DNA of 64,000 nucleotides, from positions 1 to 64,000 of the IMG/VR virus record IMGVR_UViG_3300025652_007805. The stretch is one strand, 5' to 3'. Of the stretch, positions 8,700 to 17,641 are shown piece by piece. Both the position numbers and the translations under genes were made by a program. The stretch's first letter is position 1. The number at the start of each line of letters is the position of its first letter. This DNA is from an uncultured virus (IMG/VR IMGVR_UViG_3300025652_007805) (Duplodnaviria > Heunggongvirae > Uroviricota > Caudoviricetes). The notes under the pieces are model-generated. The model ran no database searches. It saw nothing but the letters and a program-made list of their open reading frames with translations, and was not told where the DNA came from.

Positions 8700-9073
8700 T
8701 TTTTGGGTCTCCAACCTTTTTTCCATCTATCTTCCCGACCTTCAATCCACTGTATGTAACACTTTTCGCAGCAATCAAACTTCGTCATATAGACATCATC
8801 GTTTGATTTAAAAGAGTATGTATTACAAACCGGACAAGATCGTTCGGATTCTTTATTAAGTAGTTTTTTGGGAATAAAAACCCCATTTACTTCTTCTCGA
8901 TCAAAATCTTCTTTGTCTTCATAGTATTTGTGTGTTTCTTTTAGTTGAGCCAAATACTCTTTTTCTTTCTCATCTGTCCAATTGCTCTTCGGGTGTTGTA
9001 TTGTTTCTTCACCATATTTCTTCGCAATTGCTTTCTCAACTTTTACTGTATAATTCGGATCTTTTTTGGTCAT
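8696..9073 (-). CDS. Hypothetical Zn-finger protein
   Basis: CPVC...CCEKC; 125 aa. Confidence 0.65.
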   Translation of the reverse strand: MTKKDPNYTVKVEKAIAKKYGEETIQHPKSNWTDEKEKEYLAQLKETHKYYEDKEDFDREEVNGVFIPKKLLNKESERSCPVCNTYSFKSNDDVYMTKFDCCEKCYIQWIEGREDRWKKGWRPKK

Positions 9074-9501
9074 TGAATCCCCGGTTTAATCGCATACATA
9101 ATACCGATTGCTGCTCCTGCACCAACTGTGAAGCCACCAATAGCCCACCAATGGGCATTTGAAGGGCGAACATACTTTTCTAAACTCTGGATATGCTGGT
9201 CTCGAATATTAATAATCTCTTGATATTTTTGATTGTCTGCTTCTGATTTGGCATAGAAAATATCGTATTTGTACTGTTCTTCGGCTCTTACTTGACCAAT
9301 CTCAAAATCAACTCTCAGTTTGCACTCAAGGTTTTGAAATTGATTATCAACAATAATCTTGGATACAGCAGCATCGTTAAAAAGCCGCCCATCAAATGGT
9401 GCGACTTCGCCTTGTTTAATGTTACTAAATTTTGGTTTCTCGTCTTCGCCGTTTGCGGCAGAGGACCAAGTGAGCAAAGCTCCCATAAGTAGATACTTCA
9501 T
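9070..9501 (-). CDS. Exported protein with signal peptide, coiled coil and C-terminal TM (spanin-like topology)
   Basis: MKYLLMGALLTWSSAANG; C-terminal WWAIGGFTVGAGAAIGIMYAI. Confidence 0.55.
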   Translation of the reverse strand: MKYLLMGALLTWSSAANGEDEKPKFSNIKQGEVAPFDGRLFNDAAVSKIIVDNQFQNLECKLRVDFEIGQVRAEEQYKYDIFYAKSEADNQKYQEIINIRDQHIQSLEKYVRPSNAHWWAIGGFTVGAGAAIGIMYAIKPGIQ

Positions 9502-9530
9502 GTTCTCTCCAAGATTAAAAGGATGAATGT

Positions 9531-9559
9531 ATTATAACATATTTTTAATAACTTGTCAA
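9531..9559 (-). promoter_or_regulatory. Consensus sigma70 promoter with extended -10
   Basis: TTGACA-17 nt-TATAAT (TGTTATAAT) in the intergenic gap upstream of 9501. Confidence 0.85.
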
Positions 9560-9560
9560 G

Positions 9561-9962
9561 TTATTTTTCTGGTGTCTCTGGTGTGCCTGTCTTATCAAGC
9601 ATCTTGCTAATTCCCATTGCAGCAGCGGCGGCTGGTACAGCTAAAAGACCAAGGTCTTTGAGAACACTAATGACCATCATAATATTCTCTGGTGTGATGT
9701 GTTCCATAGAAGGTGATTCGTTGAGTGGTACATCCATCACATCGGAGAAAAGCATTTCAAGCATTCCTTCAACATCAGCACGGCTAAGATTATTAACTTC
9801 TACAAAGTTTTGAAACTCTCCAAATATTTCTTTTGGTGATAGTCGCTTGGGCATATCAAGTGCATTATATATTTCATCTTCACCACCCATATCGTGATAA
9901 TCGCCTTCTGTTTGTACTTCTTCTTGAATAAGTTTTTTAAGTAATTTTGCTGTGAGTTTCAT
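9561..9962 (-). CDS. Hypothetical protein with MKLTAKLLKKLIQEE leader
   Basis: Start revised to ATG 9962 (ATGA overlap with upstream stop); hydrophobic C-terminal segment. Confidence 0.65.
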   Translation of the reverse strand: MKLTAKLLKKLIQEEVQTEGDYHDMGGEDEIYNALDMPKRLSPKEIFGEFQNFVEVNNLSRADVEGMLEMLFSDVMDVPLNESPSMEHITPENIMMVISVLKDLGLLAVPAAAAAMGISKMLDKTGTPETPEK

Positions 9963-10159
9963 TTTTTGCATCCTTTTGGTAAATGAGATCTTAAAGATTT
10001 TTTATATACTTCAATATCGGGTTGTGACCATCTTTTTTTGGGACAATAAGTTCTGTGATCTTCTTGGTCTTGAAGAAACAATTCTAATGCTCTCATATCT
10101 CTTTTGAGATTATCATCTCCACCGGTTAACATAGAAGCGATTAGAAGAGCCGCTTTCAT
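9959..10159 (-). CDS. Small hypothetical protein with hydrophobic N-terminus
   Basis: 66 aa, ATGA-coupled on both sides. Confidence 0.55.
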   Translation of the reverse strand: MKAALLIASMLTGGDDNLKRDMRALELFLQDQEDHRTYCPKKRWSQPDIEVYKKSLRSHLPKGCKK

Positions 10160-10440
10160 TGCTCTCTCCTCGTCACCATCGACTCGATCCGTCCCAGAGA
10201 CCCCTTCATATATTCGATGTCTTTTTCCATTCCGATTATTTGCTTTGAGTTGTCGTCGGAATTTAGAATTTTTTTTTCTAGGGACTCAATAACTTGTTCG
10301 GCGTCACCTAAATCATTTTTAAGTTCGGCAACCTTTAAATTGGTTGACCAAACCCAGCCAGCAAGTGGAAGAACCAATACTGACATAAGTAAGGAAAATA
10401 ATTTCCAAATATCATCTTTTGTTATATTAGCCATGTTCAT
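10156..10440 (-). CDS. Single-TM coiled-coil protein (candidate lysis accessory)
   Basis: LFSLLMSVLVLPLAGWVW followed by a heptad-like segment. Confidence 0.55.
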   Translation of the reverse strand: MNMANITKDDIWKLFSLLMSVLVLPLAGWVWSTNLKVAELKNDLGDAEQVIESLEKKILNSDDNSKQIIGMEKDIEYMKGSLGRIESMVTRREQ

Positions 10441-10840
10441 TAATCCCTAATTCATCTTCTAAAATTTTATCAATCTCTGAAGGGTTATTCTTTGCTTGTT
10501 TCAGTTTTTTTCTAACTTCAAATTCTTTCTCTATAATAAGAGAATCAAACTCTCCCTTATATTTCTCACGAACAGTCTTCATTGCATTATCATATTTCTG
10601 CTTTGCTTGTTCGCGAAGTTTCTTTTCGGTCTCGTATGCTTTTACAATAGCATCTTTCTCTTGCTTATAATGTTTAAGAGTAAGCTTGGCTTGGATGAGT
10701 TCCGCTCTATTTTGTCTCTTACCAAGAAGATAAACAATAGCAAGAGCAGCAATCATCACAAGCCAACGCCAATGTTGCCGACACCAAACAGAAGCAATGT
10801 CCCACCATTTTTTAATCAACAACATAGACATAAAGCTCAC
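10427..10840 (-). CDS. N-terminal TM plus coiled-coil protein (i-spanin-like topology)
   Basis: WRWLVMIAALAIVYLLGK followed by a charged helix. Confidence 0.5.
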   Translation of the reverse strand: MSFMSMLLIKKWWDIASVWCRQHWRWLVMIAALAIVYLLGKRQNRAELIQAKLTLKHYKQEKDAIVKAYETEKKLREQAKQKYDNAMKTVREKYKGEFDSLIIEKEFEVRKKLKQAKNNPSEIDKILEDELGINEHG

Positions 10841-11046
10841 TCTCCGTGTTTATAAACCTTCACAGTGTCGATGACCGATTGACCACCAACATAAACAATC
10901 GCAATCATGCCCCAGGTTTCTGGGTCAAGAAGCGAATAGGCCATAAGACCGGTTGCTGTTGCGAATACAAGAAGTTTTCTTGAGATTGCTTTTTCAAGCA
11001 ATTGATCAATTACACTTCCGGTTTTTTCTTTTAGTGCTTGTACCAT
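10837..11046 (-). CDS. Two-TM holin-like protein
   Basis: 69 aa; SRKLLVFATATGLM and WGMIAIVYVGGQ; SD AGGAG. Confidence 0.5.
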   Translation of the reverse strand: MVQALKEKTGSVIDQLLEKAISRKLLVFATATGLMAYSLLDPETWGMIAIVYVGGQSVIDTVKVYKHGE

Positions 11047-11069
11047 ATTTATCTCCTAATATGACACAA

Positions 11070-11077
11070 TAAATAGT
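11070..11077 (-). promoter_or_regulatory. Putative late-promoter motif ACTATTTA
   Basis: Intergenic, 23 nt upstream of holin-like ATG 11046. Confidence 0.55.
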
Positions 11078-11082
11078 AAGTT

Positions 11083-14000
11083 CTATTTTAAAACAACATT
11101 AGCATATCCATCAATCTTATCTATATCAATGGTCATGTCTACAACATCTTTTAGTGATTCAAGGTGAGATACGAGCAATACAATCTTAAATTGTGTCTTT
11201 ACCATCTCTAACAAACGAACAAATCCTTCCATGTGCTCGGCATCCAATGCTGTTGCTGGTTCATCAAGCACAAAAAGGTTTCCAACTGGTAAGTTAGTAA
11301 TTGAAATCATACCAAGCCGTATAGCCATAGAAGCCAATGTTTTCTCAGCACCAGAAGCCATAGAAAGAGGTCTTGGGTCATATGCTGGGTGTTTGATAAA
11401 TATATCTAACTTGGAGTCTGTATTATCAAAAAAGACCTCGAAGTCAACAATATTAGCCAGAACTTTTCCTATTTCTTCATTAATAATTGGAAGACGATCT
11501 TTAATAATGTTGTATGAGATTCCATTAGCGTGCATACATCGCATAAACATTTCATAAGCAACCCACTTGTTTTCATAGCCCTTATACTCTTCAAGTTCTT
11601 TCTCGATGTTCTTTATGATTTGGGCGGTTGATCCCTGTTCAATAAGACATTCTTGCAACTGCTCATTACATTTAGTATGTACTTGTCGCAGTTGGGATAT
11701 CTTTGTTTCAAGTGCTTTCTTTTCTCTCGTAAGTGTTCCAAGGTTCTCAATGGCTTCTCTGTTTTCTTCATATTCCGCTTCCTGATTTCTTAAACTTTCT
11801 ATTTGATTCTTTAAAAGATTCAACTTGTCTTTATTAGACGATAGTTCCATAGATTTTATTTCATTTTGATTCTGTAATTGATCAATATCTTGAGAAAACT
11901 TATTGTGTCTCTCAATATTAGAAGTAATCTCTTCTGGATTTATAAAGTTTATTTTTTCTTGTATGTCTGAGACAAACTCTTGTAATTCCTCAATCATTTT
12001 GGTTGTGGGCATTATTTTAGTTGAAGCATCGTGAGCATCTTTTACAAACTGATTGCTTACACAATACTTGCAATTAGGATCATACTGGTGTTCGTCAAGA
12101 AGTTTAACTTTTGATTTTAGATTTTCTAATATTTTTGTTTGTTGATTTAATTTTAATGTTATTATTGACTTTCGTTCTTTATGAGTTTTACAAGTTTCAT
12201 TTAGAGAAACAAGTTGTTCATAATTCAAATCGTCAAGAACCATTTTATATTGTTCTACAAACTCTTCATTATTTAATATTTCTTTTTGAAGGTCGATGTT
12301 TTCATGTAAAATTCTCTTAACACCTTCTTCTTTAGAAACAATATCGGCCTTAACTTTATCAATATCAATTATCTCCGCTGGTATTGAAGATATAATATCT
12401 TCTACTTCTTTTAATTTGCCGGTAAAAGATTCAACTGATTTTGTTGTCTTCTGACATTCTTTTTTCTTATTCTCAATTGCTTCAACTATTTCTTCTAAAA
12501 GTTCTTGGTTTTTGGTTATATCTTCAAGATAATTCTTTGCTTCAAACTTCTTAATTAAAGTTTTAATATCAGCGGAGTCCTTTTTGGCTAATTTAAACTT
12601 CTGATCGAAGATATCCAAGTCAAGGAATTTAGCAATAATCTCTTTCCTCTTCGTCGAACCTTCTTTGATAAACGACAGGGAGTCAAGCTGTGAGGCCATA
12701 GAGGTTAGTAGAAAGTCGTCAATCGTACCAAACTTCCTTCTGATATTAGCATCGGTCTCGTTGCGAGTGGTTCCGTTTAAACTCTCTTCAACTCCACCAA
12801 TTTCTTTTGTAAAATCAAGATCAACCTTTGCTTCAATTGTTTCCTTGCCTTTTAGTTTTCTTGTATACTTGTTCAAATTGCGAGCAATCTTGTATGTCGC
12901 ATTATCTGATTCTATTTCAAGAAGAATTTTGGCATCTTGTTTGTTCTGGTTGATTATGTGGACATTTTTTCTTTCATTTTTAGAAGTTGTATTATACATT
13001 CCGTATAAAACACTATCAATAATAGAAGATTTACCGGAGTAGTTCTTACCAAAAATACCCACGATACCATTAAGTCGATCAAAGTTGATAGTGTTCTTTT
13101 CGCCATAGTTAAAAAGATTGTCCCAAGTCGCACTCTTAAGTTTCCAAATAACATTTCTTGTTATCTCCTCGTTTTCTTCAACGGTTTGATTATATTTTCT
13201 GTTTAATTCCAATACCTTATCCATGATTCCATCATCGAGTTCCATATCTTTAAGGTATTTTCTAATATATTTCTCTTGTACTGTGATATCTCGGAGGTTT
13301 TCTTTCTTTAAAGCATCGGAAAGGTTTGTCTTTTCGTTACCTTTGTAGCTCGTCTTGACACTAAATGAGACACTTATTGGTCGCCACTTAACCTTGGCAA
13401 AATCCATCGCTCTTTTCATTTTAATTGGAGGTATAAGATTAGAACCAATTAAACGCAAGCGACAACCAATAGGAACATCAACTTTGGGCAATTGTCCTGT
13501 CTTAGTTAACACAACGTTAACAAACGGACGAGGGTTGTTAAGCTTATGAAATTTAACCTTAAAATCTGTTTTGTCGTTAATGTGCCACATTAAGTAGCCT
13601 TTATCAACATCCTCTCCAAAGTTCTGCTGAACAGTGGAGCCGCAATATGCTATTGTGCCTGTCTTATTAAGGAACTGCTTCTTATGTATATCTCCGAGCA
13701 TAGCATAATCAAAATTCTTGAATATATCCGAATCATGCTCTCCAAACTCCATGGTATAGCCTAAATCGGTTTGACAATTTGAGATTGCTCCATGGTATAG
13801 GGCGACATTAATCTTGCTATCATCGGTGGGCTGTGTCCAATTTTCTTCGTCAAACACTGAAAGGACATTAAATACTATCTTATCATCGAGTGAAAATTCA
13901 CCGGCATCTTTGAGAAAATGAAGATTAGGGTGCTTTAGTGCTGCGACGATTGGACCAATAGCATCTTCGCGATTAGCATTTTTAAGGTTACCATCGTGGT

Positions 14001-14250
14001 TACCTGCTATAATAATAGTGGGTGCTACATTCGCAAGGTTACTTAAAAACTCTGTTGCAAGAGAAAAATACTCTGGTGATAGTTGTGTCTTTGTGTGAGC
14101 CAAGTCGCCACAATGAACAATATAATCTGGTTGAGATTCTTTCAACTGCTTATAAAGATCAGCAAAGGCTTCACGATATTCAAAATGGTATTTTAAATTA
14201 CGGATATGAGTATCGGCTATATGAGCCAATTTAATTGTCTTGTTATTCAT
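11083..14250 (-). CDS. Mre11/SbcD nuclease - Rad50/SbcC ATPase fusion (T4 gp47-gp46 equivalent)
   Basis: HIADTH, GDLAH, GNHD, GDIH phosphoesterase motifs; GKNYSGKS Walker A; coiled coil with CKYC hook; ASGAEK signature, VLDEP, VSH. Confidence 0.92.
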   Translation of the reverse strand: MNNKTIKLAHIADTHIRNLKYHFEYREAFADLYKQLKESQPDYIVHCGDLAHTKTQLSPEYFSLATEFLSNLANVAPTIIIAGNHDGNLKNANREDAIGPIVAALKHPNLHFLKDAGEFSLDDKIVFNVLSVFDEENWTQPTDDSKINVALYHGAISNCQTDLGYTMEFGEHDSDIFKNFDYAMLGDIHKKQFLNKTGTIAYCGSTVQQNFGEDVDKGYLMWHINDKTDFKVKFHKLNNPRPFVNVVLTKTGQLPKVDVPIGCRLRLIGSNLIPPIKMKRAMDFAKVKWRPISVSFSVKTSYKGNEKTNLSDALKKENLRDITVQEKYIRKYLKDMELDDGIMDKVLELNRKYNQTVEENEEITRNVIWKLKSATWDNLFNYGEKNTINFDRLNGIVGIFGKNYSGKSSIIDSVLYGMYNTTSKNERKNVHIINQNKQDAKILLEIESDNATYKIARNLNKYTRKLKGKETIEAKVDLDFTKEIGGVEESLNGTTRNETDANIRRKFGTIDDFLLTSMASQLDSLSFIKEGSTKRKEIIAKFLDLDIFDQKFKLAKKDSADIKTLIKKFEAKNYLEDITKNQELLEEIVEAIENKKKECQKTTKSVESFTGKLKEVEDIISSIPAEIIDIDKVKADIVSKEEGVKRILHENIDLQKEILNNEEFVEQYKMVLDDLNYEQLVSLNETCKTHKERKSIITLKLNQQTKILENLKSKVKLLDEHQYDPNCKYCVSNQFVKDAHDASTKIMPTTKMIEELQEFVSDIQEKINFINPEEITSNIERHNKFSQDIDQLQNQNEIKSMELSSNKDKLNLLKNQIESLRNQEAEYEENREAIENLGTLTREKKALETKISQLRQVHTKCNEQLQECLIEQGSTAQIIKNIEKELEEYKGYENKWVAYEMFMRCMHANGISYNIIKDRLPIINEEIGKVLANIVDFEVFFDNTDSKLDIFIKHPAYDPRPLSMASGAEKTLASMAIRLGMISITNLPVGNLFVLDEPATALDAEHMEGFVRLLEMVKTQFKIVLLVSHLESLKDVVDMTIDIDKIDGYANVVLK

Positions 14251-14258
14251 TGAAGTTC

Positions 14259-15710
14259 CTATTGTTCAGGTTTCAGTTTTTTTATCAAGTCGTTTGCTGT
14301 CTTTTTATATTCCTCTATGTCCGTCCAACCTTGTTCTGGGAACATAATATTATTTGGAGCATAGTTTACCAATGGGATTGAGAATCCCGTGTATCGATGT
14401 TTAGTAAACATAACCTTAGAGAACTCGCCTGTCAAGATTAAATTAATAATTTTTCTTGTTATCTCTAGAGAAATTCTTTTTCCTTTTCCGTAACCACCAC
14501 CAGTCCAACCAGTATTAACAAGCCAGCAGTTAATATTGTGTTCTTCTATTTTGTTCTTCAGTAAGTTAGCATATGTATCAACCTTTAAAGGCATAAATGG
14601 TTGTCCGAAACAGGCTGAGAAGGTTGGGACAGGCTCTTTAACACCTTTCTCAGTTCCAGCAACTTTAGCAGTATATCCAAGTTTAAATTGCTGAACTGCT
14701 TCTTCTGTGGATAATTTCATCACTGGCGGTAGAACTCCGAAAGCATCACAAGTCAACATAACAATGTTTTTAGGGTGCTTATTAACATAGCCCATTATAT
14801 GGGAATTGGGCACCACATCCGTTGAATAAGAGGCTCTACCGTTCTCTGTGATGGACCCATCATCAAAGTCGGGCTTACCGTCTTTCATTACAACATTTTC
14901 CAATATCGTTCCTACCGACTTACAAGCATTCCAGATCTCTGGTTCTCCTGTTTCTGAAAGGCGAATGGTTTTAGCGTAACAGCCGCCTTCGATATTTGTA
15001 AGACCATTATCTGTCCAAAGGTGTTCATCATCGCCAATTAAGACTCTATTGGGGTCAGCAGATAGGGTTGTTTTACCTGTGCCTGATAATCCAAAGAAAA
15101 TAGTTGGATTTTCATTGCCCTTATCAACGTTCACAGAACAATGCATTGGTAGAAAGCCTTTACTCGGTGTTAAAAAATTGATAAGAGTAAAAGCCGCTTT
15201 CTTGATTTCACCAGCATAATAAGTTCCAGAAATAAGAATTAACTTTTCTGATACTGAAATCATTACCCTTGGTTCGTCTAAAAGTGACGGCAAGTGTAAA
15301 ATAGTATATATATCAGTGACTTCCGGCGAATCTATAACTTGTTCTTTTGTGATAAACATATTCCTAACAAACTGTGAGTGTCTCGCATATTCCGTATATA
15401 CACGGAATCCAATTGCATGCTCAGGGTCTCTTATTAGAAGAGCGTCTTGTAAGTAAACTTCTTTATCTTTGACTGTGTTTAAGAACTTTCTCTTCATTTT
15501 ATTAAAAGCACCTTTGGTCATTTTTTGATTCTCGGACCAATCTACTTTTGTTTTTGTTTGCTTCTCATTAACAATATACTTTGCTGTTGGGCAGCGACCA
15601 GTATATTCACCAGTATAAGTGACGAGTGCTCCGTCTTCCGTTAAAGAACAACCTTCTTTTTCTATGGCGATCTCTAACAGTTTCGGTGTTTCTAAATTTT
15701 TATAAATCAT
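14259..15710 (-). CDS. pckA: Phosphoenolpyruvate carboxykinase (ATP)
   Basis: YTGR, YAGEIKK, MHCS, FFGLSGTGKTTLSADP, IGDDEH, EGGCYAK, TENGRASY, CDAFGVLPP, FSACFG, LVNTGW. Confidence 0.95.
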   Translation of the reverse strand: MIYKNLETPKLLEIAIEKEGCSLTEDGALVTYTGEYTGRCPTAKYIVNEKQTKTKVDWSENQKMTKGAFNKMKRKFLNTVKDKEVYLQDALLIRDPEHAIGFRVYTEYARHSQFVRNMFITKEQVIDSPEVTDIYTILHLPSLLDEPRVMISVSEKLILISGTYYAGEIKKAAFTLINFLTPSKGFLPMHCSVNVDKGNENPTIFFGLSGTGKTTLSADPNRVLIGDDEHLWTDNGLTNIEGGCYAKTIRLSETGEPEIWNACKSVGTILENVVMKDGKPDFDDGSITENGRASYSTDVVPNSHIMGYVNKHPKNIVMLTCDAFGVLPPVMKLSTEEAVQQFKLGYTAKVAGTEKGVKEPVPTFSACFGQPFMPLKVDTYANLLKNKIEEHNINCWLVNTGWTGGGYGKGKRISLEITRKIINLILTGEFSKVMFTKHRYTGFSIPLVNYAPNNIMFPEQGWTDIEEYKKTANDLIKKLKPEQ

Positions 15711-16645
15711 AAATTCCTCAAAGCATTAATTAGAAAAAAATTGTCGTAATCTACCGACTTTGCTTGGTTTTTTCTCTCAATAAAAACGTCATGAGACATA
15801 GAACCAACGTCCTCACAACCAGAGGTATCTATTTCAAGCAACTCGATATCATATTGTAGCATATTTTTAACGATTTGTCCAGTCTTTTTTTTCGCGTCTT
15901 CGTCTAAAGCCAAGTAAACTGGTGTATCATTTATCGCAATTGCTTGAAATAGTTTGGTGTTTTCTCGGAGAGTTGAGCCGAGAATAGGAATAGCGTTTTC
16001 CCCAGCCACTATGGCGTCAAAAACTCCTTCTACGAGGATCACCGGACTATCCCAGTCTACAGAAAGTTGATTGAATATTATGTCCTTCTCGGCTGTTGGA
16101 TTGAGATACTTTCTCTGGTGACCAACATACGATCTCGCAATAAAATAATTAACATTTCCGTCGTTGTTAAAAGACGGTATAATTACTCTGCCGCCGAAAC
16201 GACCATCGTCACAATAACCAATCTTCCATTTCAATATTTGTTCTCTGGTTATTCCTCTCAATTGAAGATAGTTGAGAACTCTTTTGGAGGAGTAGGGCAG
16301 GTGCTTGTTACAAAGAGAGATAAATTTCTCTGGTAGTTCAATTACTTGCTCTTCTTCTACATCATTCATTTCTGCGAAGATATTCTCAAATTCGTTTAAA
16401 TCAAGACGACCTTCAAGTTCAAGCCACTTCTGTCGTTGTTGGTATGTTCCAAATTTACGAACAAGACGATAAATGTTCTTGCCGCTAGCAGAACATACCC
16501 AACATTTATAGCAACCTTTCGCAAAATTAACGGACATTTTCTTTTTGTGGTGATTACAAACTGGGCAAGAAAAAATAAACTCGTCTCTAGACTTTCTATA
16601 AGATCCAAGTATATTACAAATAATCTTCTTTTTTTGCTCAAACAT
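15707..16645 (-). CDS. DNA primase (Zn finger plus TOPRIM)
   Basis: CPVC...CWVC; GRVIIP, ARS, KYLNP; VEGVFDA; LDEDA. Confidence 0.9.
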   Translation of the reverse strand: MFEQKKKIICNILGSYRKSRDEFIFSCPVCNHHKKKMSVNFAKGCYKCWVCSASGKNIYRLVRKFGTYQQRQKWLELEGRLDLNEFENIFAEMNDVEEEQVIELPEKFISLCNKHLPYSSKRVLNYLQLRGITREQILKWKIGYCDDGRFGGRVIIPSFNNDGNVNYFIARSYVGHQRKYLNPTAEKDIIFNQLSVDWDSPVILVEGVFDAIVAGENAIPILGSTLRENTKLFQAIAINDTPVYLALDEDAKKKTGQIVKNMLQYDIELLEIDTSGCEDVGSMSHDVFIERKNQAKSVDYDNFFLINALRNL

Positions 16646-16663
16646 AAGTCACCTCTCAAAAAC

Positions 16664-16691
16664 AACATAACATATTATATTATTTTGTCAA
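16664..16691 (-). promoter_or_regulatory. sigma70-type promoter for primase-pckA-Mre11/Rad50 unit
   Basis: TTGACA-16 nt-TATGTT with TG extension; SD GAGAGGTG follows. Confidence 0.7.
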
Positions 16692-17302
16692 GAAGAAACG
16701 ATTATTCTCATAAAGTCATCATACATTGCTGGTAGTGGGAGGGCTTTTTCTACCTCTTCTTTATTTCCATCAGCAATAGCATTTCTTAAGTTTGTGGCTG
16801 ATATTTCATCGGCATTAACTGTAATTGGGGGTAAATCTGTCTGGGCATTGTTATAGTCTTTTGTTATCTTTGCGAACTTCTCTCCACGACCAGCATCTTT
16901 TGATGAGTGACCAAGAGCAAACACCTTGCCTTGAAATAAAGCAGGGTCGGCGTCCTTTACAAAATCAATAGCATCGGCAAATGGATTTTCATACTCTTTG
17001 CCTTTGCTTGAGATTCTTGAAGACGATCTAATCAACTCAACCTTGGGATCTTTGGTAACTCCGTAAAGATCAAATATTTTAAGAGTTTTATCAACATCAA
17101 AAGACATCGTTCCGTCGTCACTTTGTCTCGGAGCAGAACCAACAAACACAAATACCTTCTCGACATCGGGGTGTTCGGCATATTTTCTGATCATTTGAAG
17201 GTGACCTTTATGTGGAGGTTTATACCCACCGGGCAAAAGAATAATATATTTATCTTTTTCTTCGGTTAAGAATCTTCTCCAATTTTCAAACAGTCTTCTC
17301 AT
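16688..17302 (-). CDS. HxGH-class nucleotidyltransferase-fold protein with MRRLFENWRRFLTE leader
   Basis: LPGGYKPPHKGH; C-terminal ISATNLRNAI. Confidence 0.8.
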   Translation of the reverse strand: MRRLFENWRRFLTEEKDKYIILLPGGYKPPHKGHLQMIRKYAEHPDVEKVFVFVGSAPRQSDDGTMSFDVDKTLKIFDLYGVTKDPKVELIRSSSRISSKGKEYENPFADAIDFVKDADPALFQGKVFALGHSSKDAGRGEKFAKITKDYNNAQTDLPPITVNADEISATNLRNAIADGNKEEVEKALPLPAMYDDFMRIIVSS

Positions 17303-17640
17303 AATAAGGCTTTCCTTTCATTATAAATAGCCATTATTCTATAAAGAGACTCCAAAGCATCAGGATCAAGATATCTTTGTGGTATTCCGATTACCTCTAA
17401 AGACATTGTTATTGAAGCCTTTTCGTTTACCTCTAAGAATGCAAATTTAAAATAATTTGCTCTTTCCTCAACTTGTTGTTCGTAATCTTCAGCCTCATTA
17501 TCAAGGCTCATATCTTGAAAAGCAAGGTATTCAAACCATTCGTATAATTCTTCCGCTGCTTTATTAAGAGCATATCGGTTTAGATTAACAACTTTGCTAT
17601 TATCTACTGATTTGTTCCACTCTTCAAAGTGCTTTTTCAT
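17299..17640 (-). CDS. Hypothetical protein (MKKHFEEW leader variant)
   Basis: 113 aa, coupled to neighbours. Confidence 0.6.
   Translation of the reverse strand: MKKHFEEWNKSVDNSKVVNLNRYALNKAAEELYEWFEYLAFQDMSLDNEAEDYEQQVEERANYFKFAFLEVNEKASITMSLEVIGIPQRYLDPDALESLYRIMAIYNERKALL
17324..17330 (-). promoter_or_regulatory. Putative late-promoter motif CTATTTA
   Basis: 21 nt upstream of ATG 17302. Confidence 0.45.
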
Positions 17641-17641
17641 T

